From Chrysomallon squamiferum (lineage: Eukaryota > Animalia > Mollusca), in contig CM022678.1 of the NCBI GenBank assembly GCA_012295275.1, positions 5,456,001-5,520,000 on the forward strand: 64,000 nt of DNA, read 5' to 3'. Below are positions 1 to 12,054 of this stretch, one piece after another (position 1 is the stretch's first letter; each line of letters starts with the position of its first letter). Below the pieces are notes generated by a model. The model was not told the origin of the DNA and made no database searches. It worked only from the letters and a program-made list of their open reading frames with translations. The position numbers and the translations under genes were made by a program.

Positions 1-154
1 CATTACATGTTAACATTACGTCACAGGATTTGTCATTACATGTTAATATTACGTCACAGGATTTGTCATTACATGTTAACATTACGTCACAGGATTTGTC
101 ATTACTTGTTAATATTACGTCACACGATCTGTCATTACATGTTAACATTACGTG
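1..154. repeat. 33-bp minisatellite downstream of ILP-A (cut by the window edge)
   Basis: Tandem units ATTTGTCATTACATGTTAACATTACGTCACAGG, the reverse complement of the arrays at 7832-8718 and 13425-13700. Confidence 0.95.
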
Positions 155-468
155 ACGCTATAGAGGAACGAAAAATAAAATCCAGTGTTAACTTTTGCAA
201 ACTTCTCTTATATGTACCATCTCACACATATAACACTACAACCTTTCTCATACCAGTAATTTTTATTTATTTCTATATTTATTTGTTCATTTATTTGCTT
301 CTTTCGTTGTTTACTTATTTGTTTATTTGTTTATTTATTTGCTGTTTGTTTGTTTGTTTGTTTGTTAATTTTACTTAGTTGCTTACATACTCATTATTTA
401 TTTATTCATTTAGTTTTATATATATATATATTACATGTTTAAAGATTCATTTATTATTATTTGTGATA

Positions 469-1834
469 TTATACGCAGTACTCTCTCAGTTCTTCAACTG
501 AACAGTGATGGAAGCAGCACTCGCAGATAATTCCCTGCTCGTAAAGACGACTTCGAGTATGTCTGAGAAACGACAAAGCTTTAGCTTTTCTCAACCTCAC
601 CTCTCGTATGCTTCGATTTCCTGAAATGAAAAATAATAGTTTGTTTTCTTACTAAATCAAGAAATTATATACCAACTAGTAAATCATGTAAATTATAAAA
701 AAAATTATATTTTATTCAACGATTCCCTACAAGATCTTTGTTACAGAAGCGTTTAACAAAAATATTTAACAATAACCAAAAGTTGTGAAGTAATGCAGAA
801 CCGCGGATATTTTGTTATTTTATTACAGTTTAATTATAAAATTCGAAACCACCTATATTCCTTCCATAATTCATCCCCAAATGTTAATATTAACAATATA
901 CCGCAGTACATTATCTATTTATTTGAAGTAAGTATGCAATTTCTTTCATTTTTTATTTTTTTTTATTTTTAGATTTTCTTCATAATCTTAGCCGTGACAT
1001 CTATCCACAATGTTGTATCTGTGATTTTACTCTGATTCTACAATAATTCTGTTATAATTTTGTTTAAAACAGATAGATAATGTTTTGATGCATTTGTAAT
1101 TATGGAAACAAGAATTCATAAAACTTATGGTTTACGAGGAGGGCAATAGTTTAAGTTGACTCGGGCGCTGAAAACCCACGCTATGTCTTGTAGATTATGA
1201 AATATGTATTTATACAATTCCCCATATCTCATATACGTACATATTTTTAATTGTTTAGCTTTTAATATGATGAAGATAATAAAGTATTAAAAATTACATA
1301 GTACATGATTCTAGTGATATTATTTAATAGTACACAGTTCAATGACCTATGTAGAAAATAATAAATACAATTTTACAATCAAATACAAATATGAAGTAGC
1401 TGACTGAAATATGTTAAATAGAACCTATCTAGACATTTTAGGTTTTTTTTACCTATAGAGACATAATATTAAGTCCTATATTTTTATTTATTTATTTATT
1501 TATTTATTATTGTCGATGTCGTTGTAGTTGTTTTCTCGCTACTAATCCAGTTACTATTCACGTTATTTATCACAAATCTAAGAGCACGTTATCAGCTGAA
1601 ATCTGTACTACTTGTTCACTGGTACATACTTAGACGTTTTTCGAAAATTGCGAAAGGGTCTTTCATGTGAAACATTCTGCACACTGCTTCAATTATATCT
1701 CTGAGACGAAAACCACAATAGCCACTTGGATCGGGATGTTTGCCTTCGAGACAGTATTTAGTTAAACTGTCCGACTCTGGTACAAGACAAAGTATAACAG
1801 CTAGCACCGTCAGAATATTTACTACAGCGTTCAT
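469..1834 (-). CDS. Insulin-like peptide precursor ILP-A (8-Cys molluscan insulin-related/MIP-type), 118 aa, 2 coding exons
   Basis: Exons 1834-1630 and 620-469 joined by a phase-1 GT-AG intron. Translation: MNAVVNILTVLAVILCLVPESDS-LTKYCLEGKHPDPSGYCGFRLRDIIEAVCRMFHMKDPFAIFE-KR-LRNRSIREVRLRKAKALSFLRHTRSRLYEQ-GIICECCFHHCSVEELREYCV*. Signal peptide, B chain with 3 Cys, and A chain GIICECC-x3-C-x8-C. Confidence 0.93.
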
Positions 1835-2388
1835 TGTTGACTGTTCCACGAGCGATAGAATTCTAAATTGTAAAAAATAAAACAGTTTAAAAACCACCCT
1901 AAGTCATCGCCAGATTACGAAAGGTATGTTTATAAGAAATCTCCCTATCTCGAACACGTTCGTTATTAAGTTGCTGAATAAATAAAACTGTACAGGTAAT
2001 AATAATTTATTCGATCTTATTATTATTATTATTTCCAATCTTGAGAGAATGCCAAAACAACAACAGCAACAACGATAACAACACCAAAATAATAATAATA
2101 ACAATAGCACAACAAAAACACCAAAAATAAACAACACAAAAAACAACAAAAAAACAACAACATAAAACAAAAACAAACAAGCAAACAACAACAAAATTAT
2201 AATAATATGAAGAAACAAGATAAACATTTTTTTAAATAATAACCACAACAATAATATCGGCAAATAGGAAGAAGCAGAACAACAACAATGATGATGATGA
2301 TGATGATGACGACGATGATGATGGTGATGATAACGACAAGTAACAACTGCCAAATAACAAAACTAACAACAGCAATAAATCCGATATC

Positions 2389-2437
<49 letters not shown>

Positions 2438-2701
2438 GCTTCAAATATTAGATTTTTTAACTCTTAAAGTCGTTCAATAAACTTAACAGCTTATCGAACA
2501 AAAAAGATAAAATTCTTCAACTCAGAATATTTCTTTTATATGAAAACGTAGCATGCAGTGAACCATGTTGAATACAAACGTAATTGCAGTTATTTGCGGA
2601 ACACTGGACAAAATATAGTGTTTTGTTAATTTTTAACTCGTTTGATAAATATATATGTAAGTATGTGTATATATATGTATATATGTACGTATGTATGTAT
2701 G

Positions 2702-2758
<57 letters not shown>

Positions 2759-2847
2759 CTAGTCAAATATTAAATCCGTCTCTCAACTGAAAGATACAAA
2801 AATATGTATTAATTGAAATATCAACCAAATCTTTTATGTTGTCACTG

Positions 2848-2889
<42 letters not shown>

Positions 2890-3560
2890 TAGTAGCAGTA
2901 GTAGTAGTTGTAGTAATAATAATAATAATAGTAGTAGTAGTAGTTGTAATAATAATAATAATAATAGTAGTAATAGTAGTTGTAATAATAATAATAATAA
3001 TAAAAAGAAGAAGAAGAAGAATTACAGACTGTAAAATTATTAGCCAAAACAATAAACTTTAAAACAGATAATATCCTTACAGAATCGAATCCTGTTTTCT
3101 GAGTGTTTAGCTCGCGTTTCTCTCGTAAGTAAATTCAGAAACAAAACTTTTCTCTCTCTGTCTTTGCAACTGTTACGAGCAATTTATTAATTCGCCATGT
3201 TTTGAAATTTGCCGAAAACGTCAGAGAAAATATTGTGCGGTTTTGATTTCATAGATCTAGTGATTAATGTCGGCGGTGTTTTGACAGGTGTCATTTCAAA
3301 CTGCTGTCTGTTTATTATTGCAATAAATGTTAAAAAAAAAATAATAATAATAATTCATGCAAAAAACAAAAAAAAAAAATAAATTTAAAAAAAAAAAAAA
3401 TAAAAAAAAAAATTAAGAACAGTTGTTGCGTTTCATTTCATACACCCAGCGAAAAATATCACTTCATCTGCGCTTCTGCTCATCATAGATTCAGAATTTA
3501 AAAAATGCGCTTTATTTCAGCCTGGGTCATTTTAAATTATTCAAGAATCCCTATTACCAT

Positions 3561-3648
3561 TTACGTAACTTGACTACATTTGTGTTAGAGATAAGGCACG
3601 TCAGGCTATGCTAAATGCCAATCAGAGAAATAAAAAAAAGCTGATAAG
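3561..3648. promoter_or_regulatory. Candidate shared regulatory core between divergent ILP-A and ILP-B (TTACGTAA, GATA, CRE-like, GATA)
   Basis: TTACGTAA 3561-3568, AGATAAG 3589-3595, CACGTCA 3597-3603 and CTGATAAG 3641-3648. All four are retained in the inverted copy at ~9190-9275. Function is inferred. Confidence 0.4.
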
Positions 3649-4028
3649 TCTATTTTTAGAGGTCGAGGGAGGGGTTGAATATATTATTATATTGTAATAT
3701 AAACAGTGGAAAACATACCGAAGTTCAAACTTCCGTGAAACCACAGAGCTGATACAGTAGTGAAAATTGATAGCCCACACCATCGGGTCATGTAAGAATG
3801 AGTTTGTTTCTTCCTGTGTTATATTAATGAATTAATCAATTAATGACTCAGTTAATTAATCAGTTAATTAATTAATTAAATAAATAATATTGCTCGTAAC
3901 AGTTGCAAAACAGAGATGGAAACGTTTTGTTTCTAAATTTACAATCAGAAAACATATTATCTGTTTTGAACTTTAATTTTTTACCTAATAATTTTACAAT
4001 CTATAATTATTACTACTACCACTACTAT

Positions 4029-4062
<34 letters not shown>

Positions 4063-4064
4063 CA

Positions 4065-4125
<61 letters not shown>

Positions 4126-4266
4126 CAGTGACAATGTAACATATTTCAATTAATACACATTTTGGTATCTTTCAGTTGAGAGACGGATTTAATATTTGAC
4201 CACACACACACACACACACACACACATACATACATACATACATACATACATACATACATACATACA

Positions 4267-4302
<36 letters not shown>

Positions 4303-4348
4303 TATATATATCAAACGAGTTAAGAATTAACAAAACATTATATTTTGT

Positions 4349-4407
<59 letters not shown>

Positions 4408-5076
4408 TATATATATATATATATATCAAACGAGTTAAAAATTAACAAAACATTATATTTTGTCCAGTGTTCCGCAAATAACTGTAATTATGTTTGTATT
4501 CAAAATTGTTCACTGCATGCTAAATTTTCATATAAAAGAAATATTCTGAGTTAAAGGATTTTATTTTGTTCGATAAGCTGTTAAGTTTATTGAGCGACTT
4601 TAAGATTTAAAAAATCTGATATTTGAAGCATTTATTATTTAAAGTTTATTACTGATACCGGCGTTATTGTTGCTGTTAATGCTGACATTTGGCAGTTGTT
4701 TCTTCTCATTATCATCATCATTATCTTCCTATACATGATTATCATCATCATCACTATTATTGTTCTTCTTCTTCTGTTTGCTGATATTATTGTTGTGATT
4801 ATTATTATTATTACTATTATCGGGTTGTTGATTTTATTATAATTGTTCTGTTTGTTTTTGTTTTTGTTTTTTTTTGTTTGGTTTTTTGCAATTTTTATTG
4901 TCCTATTGTTATTATTATTATTTTGGTGTTGTTATCGTTGTTGCTGTTGTTGTTTTGGCGCTCTCTAAGGAGTGGAAATAATAATAATAATAAGATCGAA
5001 TAAATTATTATTATCTGTACAGTCTTTATTTATTCAGCAACTTAATAACGAACGTGTTCGAGATAGGAAGACTTCT

Positions 5077-5082
5077 TATAAA
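5077..5082 (+). promoter_or_regulatory. Possible TATA box upstream of ILP-B (equivalent on - strand at 1929-1934 for ILP-A)
   Basis: TATAAA about 100 nt upstream of the ATG in two paralogs. A polypyrimidine-AG just upstream of the ATG could instead mean this lies in a 5'-UTR intron. Confidence 0.3.
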
Positions 5083-5182
5083 CATACCTTTCGTAATCTA
5101 GCCGTGACTTAGGGTGTGGTTTTTAAACTGTTTTTTTTTTTTTTTATAATTTAGAATTCTATCTCTCGTGGAAAACTCAACA

Positions 5183-7013
5183 ATGAACGCTGTAGTAGTT
5201 ATGCTGTCGGCGCTAGCTGTTTTAGTTTGTCTTGTAAAAGAATCAGACGCTTTGGAAAAAATCTGTGTCGAAGGACAACGACCAGCTCCAGATGGCTACT
5301 GCGGTTTTCGAATCAGAGAAATTATTAAAACACTGTGCAGTGTTAACAATCTACAAGACCCTTACCAGTCGGCCGACACACGCATTTGTATGTATCAGTG
5401 AACAAGTAGATTTCAGTAGAGAGTGCGCTCTTAGATTTACATTTTTCATAAATAACTTTAACACGTGGATTAGTAGCGAGAAAACAACAACGGCGACAAC
5501 GACAATAATAAATAAGAAACAAAGAAACAAACAAACAAACAAACAAACAAACAAATAAATAAATAAATAAATAAAAGATACAAACATAGTACTTAATATA
5601 ATATTATATCTAGATAGGTAAAATAATGATGGTGTCCAGATAGGTTGTATTCAAATTATTTCAGTCAGCTACTTCATATTCATATTTGATTGCAAAATTG
5701 TATTTAATATTTTCTAGATAGGTCATTCATCTGGAGGCTATTAAATACTATAACCGTGATTATTTTTTTTTTCTTTGGTTATTTTGCTGTATAACTACTT
5801 TGGGGAACGCAGTATGGGAGCAATGGGGTCCAGTCTAAATATAAAAATGAAAGTGAGATGAGCCGAGTTCAGGAGTGTTTATTGCTGGTCAGCCAAGTGC
5901 GTTGTAACTGGACACTTGAAATTGGAATTGGAAAAAAATTAACGTGCTAATCAGAGCAAGCTGTTGTGAAGCACGTCTGCGACGGGCACGCTTTCTGACA
6001 GGTCAGCGGGCGTGTCCGTCGCAGAAAAGTATTGGACACTGGTCTGTGCGTTATTTTATAGCACTCGGCTCCTATCGTTACGTATTTATGCATTTAGGTG
6101 TTTTAATTGTTGTCAAGATTACTGCCGTAATCAATTTACTCGGGATAAGATATCTTTTGTCTACAGCCGTCCTTAATCGGCGCATACCCATTAATTGGAG
6201 CCGGCTCATATCATTATGTATTTAGTATTTTAATTAATTATATGTCTGTTGTTAGATTGGACAGATTGTAACTTGACGACTTTGGCTTTATAACCTTGGT
6301 TGCTAGAGTTAAATCTATTTTATTTTAATCTGCTTATGGTATGTCCAAGCGAGGCATTTTTTTCCCCCAACTATGATAATACTATCACTAGAATTATGTA
6401 CTTTATGTAATTTTTAATACTTTATTAGCTTCATCCTATTAAAAGCTAGACGGTTAAAAATATGTACGTATATGAGACACAAATCTACAAGACATAGCGT
6501 GGGTTTTCAGCGCCCAAATTTTAAACTATTGCCTTCCTCCTAAACCATAAGATTGTGAATTCTAGTTTCCGTAATTACGTTACTAAAGTATTAAATTTAA
6601 CTACCTGTTTATGAATTAATAAAATAAAATTGATGTTTTCTAGCCATCTGAATTTAGAACAAAATTATAATAGAATTATATTAGAGTAGGATCAGAGTAC
6701 AATTATAATACCACAATGAGTTTAGACGTTACGTCTAAGATGCATGAGTAAAATCTAAAAAAATTTTAATAATAATAACAATTAAAATTGCATACTTACT
6801 TCAAATAAATAAATAAAGTATTGTAGTACATTGTCCAATAAAAAAGATTTCGGTGTGAATGATGGAAGGAATATAGGGTGTTGAGAATTTTTTGATAAAA
6901 TTGTAACAAAATGAAAACCTGCGAGGTTTTACATTACTTCACAACTTTTTGTTACTTTTAATATTTTTCTTTCTTAAACGCCACTGTAATATAGAACTTG
7001 TAGGGAATCTTTG

Positions 7014-7096
<83 letters not shown>

Positions 7097-7345
7097 TATT
7101 TATAATTCATATGCTTTAATAGTTAGTATATAACTCCTTGATTTAGTAAAGAAAAATATAGAAACAAAAATCATTCTTTTTCCATTTCAGCGAAGCAACA
7201 AAACACAAGAGATGTGCAGATGGATAAAACTGATGCTTTGTCGTTTCTCAGACGTAGACAAGAAAATCCTAACATCAGGGGAATTATCTGCGAGTGCTGC
7301 TATCATCGTTGTTCACCTGAAGAAATGAGAGAGTACTGCCTATAA
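5183..7345 (+). CDS. Insulin-like peptide precursor ILP-B (8-Cys MIP-type), 119 aa, 2 coding exons
   Basis: Exons 5183-5387 and 7191-7345, phase-1 GT-AG intron. Translation: MNAVVVMLSALAVLVCLVKESDA-LEKICVEGQRPAPDGYCGFRIREIIKTLCSVNNLQDPYQSADTRISKQQNTRDVQMDKTDALSFL-RRR-QENPNIRGIICECCYHRCSPEEMREYCL*. Confidence 0.93.
5744..6385. mobile_element. ~630-bp insertion in the ILP-B intron flanked by 8-bp direct repeats (AATACTAT)
   Basis: AATACTAT at 5744-5751 and 6378-6385. The paralogous introns (ILP-A ~1311-1330, ILP-A' ~12572-12592) have a single, empty site. The insert is more GC-rich than its flanks and has a T-tract near its left end. No clear TIR or coding domain. Confidence 0.65.
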
Positions 7346-7439
7346 TATATTAAAAAAGTAATAATAAATAAAATTAAAAAAACAAAAAAACAACAACATA
7401 TGTATTTCTTTTTAATTAAAGACGCCACATTAAAAACAA

Positions 7440-7491
<52 letters not shown>

Positions 7492-7831
7492 CCAAATAAA
7501 TAAATAGGTAAGTAAGTAAGTAAACACATACGTAAATAAATAAGGGAAATATAGTAAATACGTAATTTAATAACAAATAAATAAATTTAAAAAAAAAAGG
7601 TATGCAAGCAAGTAAATAAATAAATAAACAAACAAACAAACAAACAAATAAACAAATAAATAAGTAAACAAACAAACAAATAAGTTAATAAACAAATAAA
7701 CAAAAAATAAATAAACAGACAAGAAATAAAAGTCACTGGTATCAGAAAGGTTGTAATGTTGTATGTTGTGAAATCTACATATAAGTGAAGTTTGTAAAAG
7801 TAAACAGTGAATTTTATCTTTCGTTCCTCTA

Positions 7832-8718
7832 CCCTGTGACGTAATGTTAACATGTAATGACAAATCCTGTGACGTAATGTTAACATGTAATGACAAATCC
7901 TGTGACGTAATGTTAACATGTAATGACACATCATGTGACGTAATGTTAACATATATTAATAAATTTTGTGACGTAATGTTAATATGTAATGACAAATCAT
8001 GTGACGTAATGTTAACATGTAATGACAAACCCTGTGACGTAATGTTAACATGTAATGACAAATCCTGTGACGTAATGTTAACATGTAATGACAAATCCTG
8101 TGACGTAATGTTAACATGTAATGACACATCATGTGACGTAATGTTAACATATATTAATAAATTCTGTGACGTAATGTTAATATGTAATGACAAATCATGT
8201 GACGTAATGTTAACATGTAATGACAAACCCTGTGACGTAATGTTAACATGTAATGACAAATCCTGTGACGTAATGTTAACATGTAATGACAAATCCTGTG
8301 ACGTAATGTTAACATGTAATGACAAACCCTGTGACGTAATGTTAACATTATATGACAAATCCTGTGACGTAATGTTAACATGTAATGACATCATGTGACG
8401 TAATGTTAATATGTAATGACACATCCTGTAACTTAATGTTAACATGTAATGACAAATCATGTGACGTAATGTAAACATGTAATGACAAATCCTGTGACGT
8501 AATGTTAACATGTAATTACAAATCCTGTGACGTAATGTTAACATGTACTTACAAATCCTGTGACGTAATGTTAACATGTAATGACAAATCCTGTAACGTA
8601 ATGTTAACAGGTAATGACAAATCCTGTGACGTAATGTTAACATGTAATGACAAATCCTGTGACGTAATGTTAATATGTAATGACAAATCATGTGACGTAA
8701 TGTTAATATGCAATGACA
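7832..8718. repeat. 33-bp minisatellite (~27 units) downstream of ILP-B
   Basis: Unit CCTGTGACGTAATGTTAACATGTAATGACAAAT. It explains the spurious MLTLRHRICHY / MLTCNDKSCDV ORFs. Confidence 0.97.
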
Positions 8719-8728
8719 ATAATAATAA

Positions 8729-8818
<90 letters not shown>

Positions 8819-9423
8819 CAGTAGTAATTACAGACTGTAAAATTATTAGGTAAAAAACTAAATTTCAAAACAGATAATGTTTACATAATCGTATCCTGTT
8901 TTCTGAGTGTAAATTTAGAAACAAAACGTTTCCCTCTCTATTTACAGCTGTTCCGAGCAATTTATTATTTAATTAATCAATTAACTAACTAACTAACTAA
9001 CTAACCGATTAATTAACCAAGTAATTAATTGATTAATTAATTAATATAATATCGGAGGAAATACACTCATTCTTACATGACCGATGATGTGAGTTACCTA
9101 TTTTCACTGCTCTATCACTTCTGTGGTTTCACGGAAGTTTGAAGATCGAGATTTTTTCACTGTTTTACGTGGACATCTAAAAAAAATAGACTTATCAGCT
9201 TTTTGATTTCTTTCATTTGCATTTAGCCTAGCCTGACGTGCCTTATCTGTAGCAAAATGTATTCAAGTTACGTAAATCGTAATAGTGGATTCTTGAATAA
9301 TTTAAAATGATATTGCCTGAAACAAATGACGTTTTTAAAAATCTATTATGAGCAGAAACGGAGACTGAAATGATACCTGTATTTATCGCTGGGGGTATGA
9401 AATGAAACGCAACAACTGTTCTT

Positions 9424-9480
<57 letters not shown>

Positions 9481-9504
9481 TTATTATTATATTTTTTTTT
9501 TTTT

Positions 9505-9910
9505 ATTGCAATAATAAACAGACAGCAGTTTGAAATGAAATCTGTCAAAAGCACCGCAGACATTAATCATTGTTTTTCTTTTGCATAAATTATTATTAAT
9601 ATATTTGTTTTTTATTTATTGCAATAATAAAAAGACAGCAGTTTGAAATGAAATCTGTCAAAAGCACCGCAGACATTAATCTTTTTTTTTTTTTTTTGCA
9701 TAAATTATTATTAATATATATTTTTTTTTTTATTATTGCCATAATAAAAAGATAGCATTTTCAAATGAAATCTGTCAAAAGCACCGCAGACATTAATCAT
9801 TTTTTTTTTTTGCATAAATTATTATTAATATATTTTTTATTTATTTATTGCAATAATAAAAAGACAGTATTTTGAAATGAAATCTGTCAAAAGCACCGCA
9901 GACATTAATC
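9505..9910. repeat. Four tandem copies of a ~110-120-bp unit (core GACAGCAGTTTGAAATGAAATCTGTCAAAAGCACCGCAGACATTAATC)
   Basis: Copies at ~9510, ~9622, ~9740 and ~9851. Only one copy lies at the paralogous position (~3262-3325, opposite strand). Confidence 0.9.
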
Positions 9911-10176
9911 ACTAGATCTATGAAATCAAACGAGCACAATATTTTCTCTGAAGTTTTAAGCAAATTTCAAAACATGGCGAATTAATAAATTGCTCGTAAC
10001 AGTTGCAAAGACAGAGAGGGAAAAGTTTTGTTTCTGAATTTACTTACGAGAGAAACGCGAGCTAAACACTCAGAAAACAGGATTCGATTCTGTAAGGATA
10101 TTATCTGTTTTAAAGTTTATTGTTTTGGCTAATAATTTTACAGTCTGTAATTCTTCTTCTTCTTCTTCTTCTTCTT

Positions 10177-10207
<31 letters not shown>

Positions 10208-10697
10208 TATATATATATATAAAACGAGTTAAAAATTAACAAAACATTATATTTTGTCCAGTGTTCCGCAAATAACTGTAATTAAACATGGTTTGTATTC
10301 AACATGGTTCACTGCATGCTAAGTTTTCATATAAACGAAATATTCTGAGTTAAAGAATTTATCTTTTTTGTTCGATAAGCTGTTAAGTTTATTGAACGAC
10401 TTTAAGAGTTAAAAAATCTAATATTTGAAGCATTTATTATTGTTATTATTATTATTATTACTATTATTATTATTATTGATATCGGATTTATTGCTGTTGT
10501 TAGTTTTGTTATTTGGCAGTTGTTACTTGTCGTTATCATCACCATCATCATCGTCGTCATCATCATCATCATCATTGTTGTTGTTCTGCTTCTTCCTATT
10601 TGCCGATATTATTGTTGTGGTTATTATTTTAAAAAATGTTTATCTTGTTTCTTCATATTATTATAATTTTTTTGTTTTGCTTGTTTGTTTTTGTTTT

Positions 10698-10742
<45 letters not shown>

Positions 10743-11089
10743 CTGTTGTTTATTTTTGGTGTTTTTGTTGTACTATTGTTATTATTATTATTTTGGTGTT
10801 GTTATCGTTGTTGCTGTTGTTGTTTTGGCGCTCTCTCAGGAGTGGAAATAATAATAATAAGATCGAAACGCGCACAATATTTTCTCTGAAGTTTTAAGCA
10901 AATTTCAAAACATGGCGAATTAATAAATTGCTCGTAACAGTTGCAAGACAGAGAGGGAAAAGTTTTGTTTCTGAATTTACTTACGAGAGAAACGCGAGCT
11001 AAACACTCAGAAAACAGGATTCGATTCTGTAAGGATATTATCTGTTTTAAAGTTTATTGTTTTGGCTAATAATTTTACGGTCTGTAATG

Positions 11090-11142
<53 letters not shown>

Positions 11143-11174
11143 TACTACTACTACTACTACTACTGCTACTACTA

Positions 11175-11216
<42 letters not shown>

Positions 11217-11304
11217 CAGTGACAACATAAAAGATTTCGTTGATATTTCAGTTAATACACAGTTTTGTATCTTTCAGTTGAGAAACTGATTTAATATTTG
11301 GCTA

Positions 11305-11354
<50 letters not shown>

Positions 11355-11610
11355 TACATACATACATACATACATACATACATACATACATTTATAACTC
11401 GTTTGATATATAAAGAGTTAAAAATTAACAGAACATTATATTTTGTCCAGTGTTCCGCAAATAACTGTAATTACGTTTGTATTCAACGTGGTTCACTGCA
11501 TGCTAAGTTTTCATATAAATATTCTGAGTTAAAGAATTTATTTTGTATGTTCGATAAGCTGTTACGTTTAATTAACGATTTTAAGATTTAAAAACCCCAA
11601 TATTTGAAGC

Positions 11611-11692
<82 letters not shown>

Positions 11693-11913
11693 GATACCGG
11701 CTTCATTGCTGTTGTTAGTGTTGTTATTTGGCAGTTGTTACTTGTTGTTATCATCACCATCGTCATCGTCATCATCATCATTATTATTGTTGCTTCTTCC
11801 TTTTTGCCTATATTATTGTTGTGGTTATTATCGTGTTTCTTCACATTATTATAATTGCTTATTTGTTTGTTGCTGTTTTTTGGGAGGGGTTTTGTTTGTT
11901 TGTTGTTATTGGG

Positions 11914-11952
<39 letters not shown>

Positions 11953-12054
11953 TGCTGTTAACATACCTTTCGTAATCTAGCGGTGACTTAGGGTGGTTTT
12001 AAACTGTTTTATTTTTTACAATTTAGAATTCTATCGCTCGTGGAACAGTCAACA

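Larger units (their letters stand above)
1835..5182. repeat. Imperfect inverted repeat formed by the upstream regions of ILP-A (~1835-3190) and ILP-B (~3888-5182), with a ~700-bp spacer
   Basis: Many unique blocks on one arm read as reverse complements on the other, e.g. CAGTTATTTGCGGAACACTGGACAAAATAT (~2588) vs ATATTTTGTCCAGTGTTCCGCAAATAACTG (~4455), and AAGGTATGTTTATAAG (1921) vs CTTATAAACATACCTT (~5075). Confidence 0.88.

Noticed and set aside
1616-1897. Single-exon ORFs ending RLSMYQ* / RICMYQ* (also 5168-5401 and 12040-12273) as complete peptides
   Set aside because: The tail reads through a conserved GTATGT donor; splicing to the downstream exon gives a full insulin A chain in frame.
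7832-8718. CRISPR-like look of the 26-, 33- and 36-bp repeats
   Set aside because: Units are directly adjacent with no unique spacers, there are no cas genes, and the context is spliced eukaryotic genes.
7567-8868. 433-aa ORF and similar periodic ORFs (MLTLRHRICHY, MLTCNDKSCDV, also 7-378 and 13224-13765) resembling Cys/His repeat proteins
   Set aside because: They are translations of the 33-bp minisatellite, open in several frames on both strands because the unit length is a multiple of 3, and are flanked by microsatellite translations.
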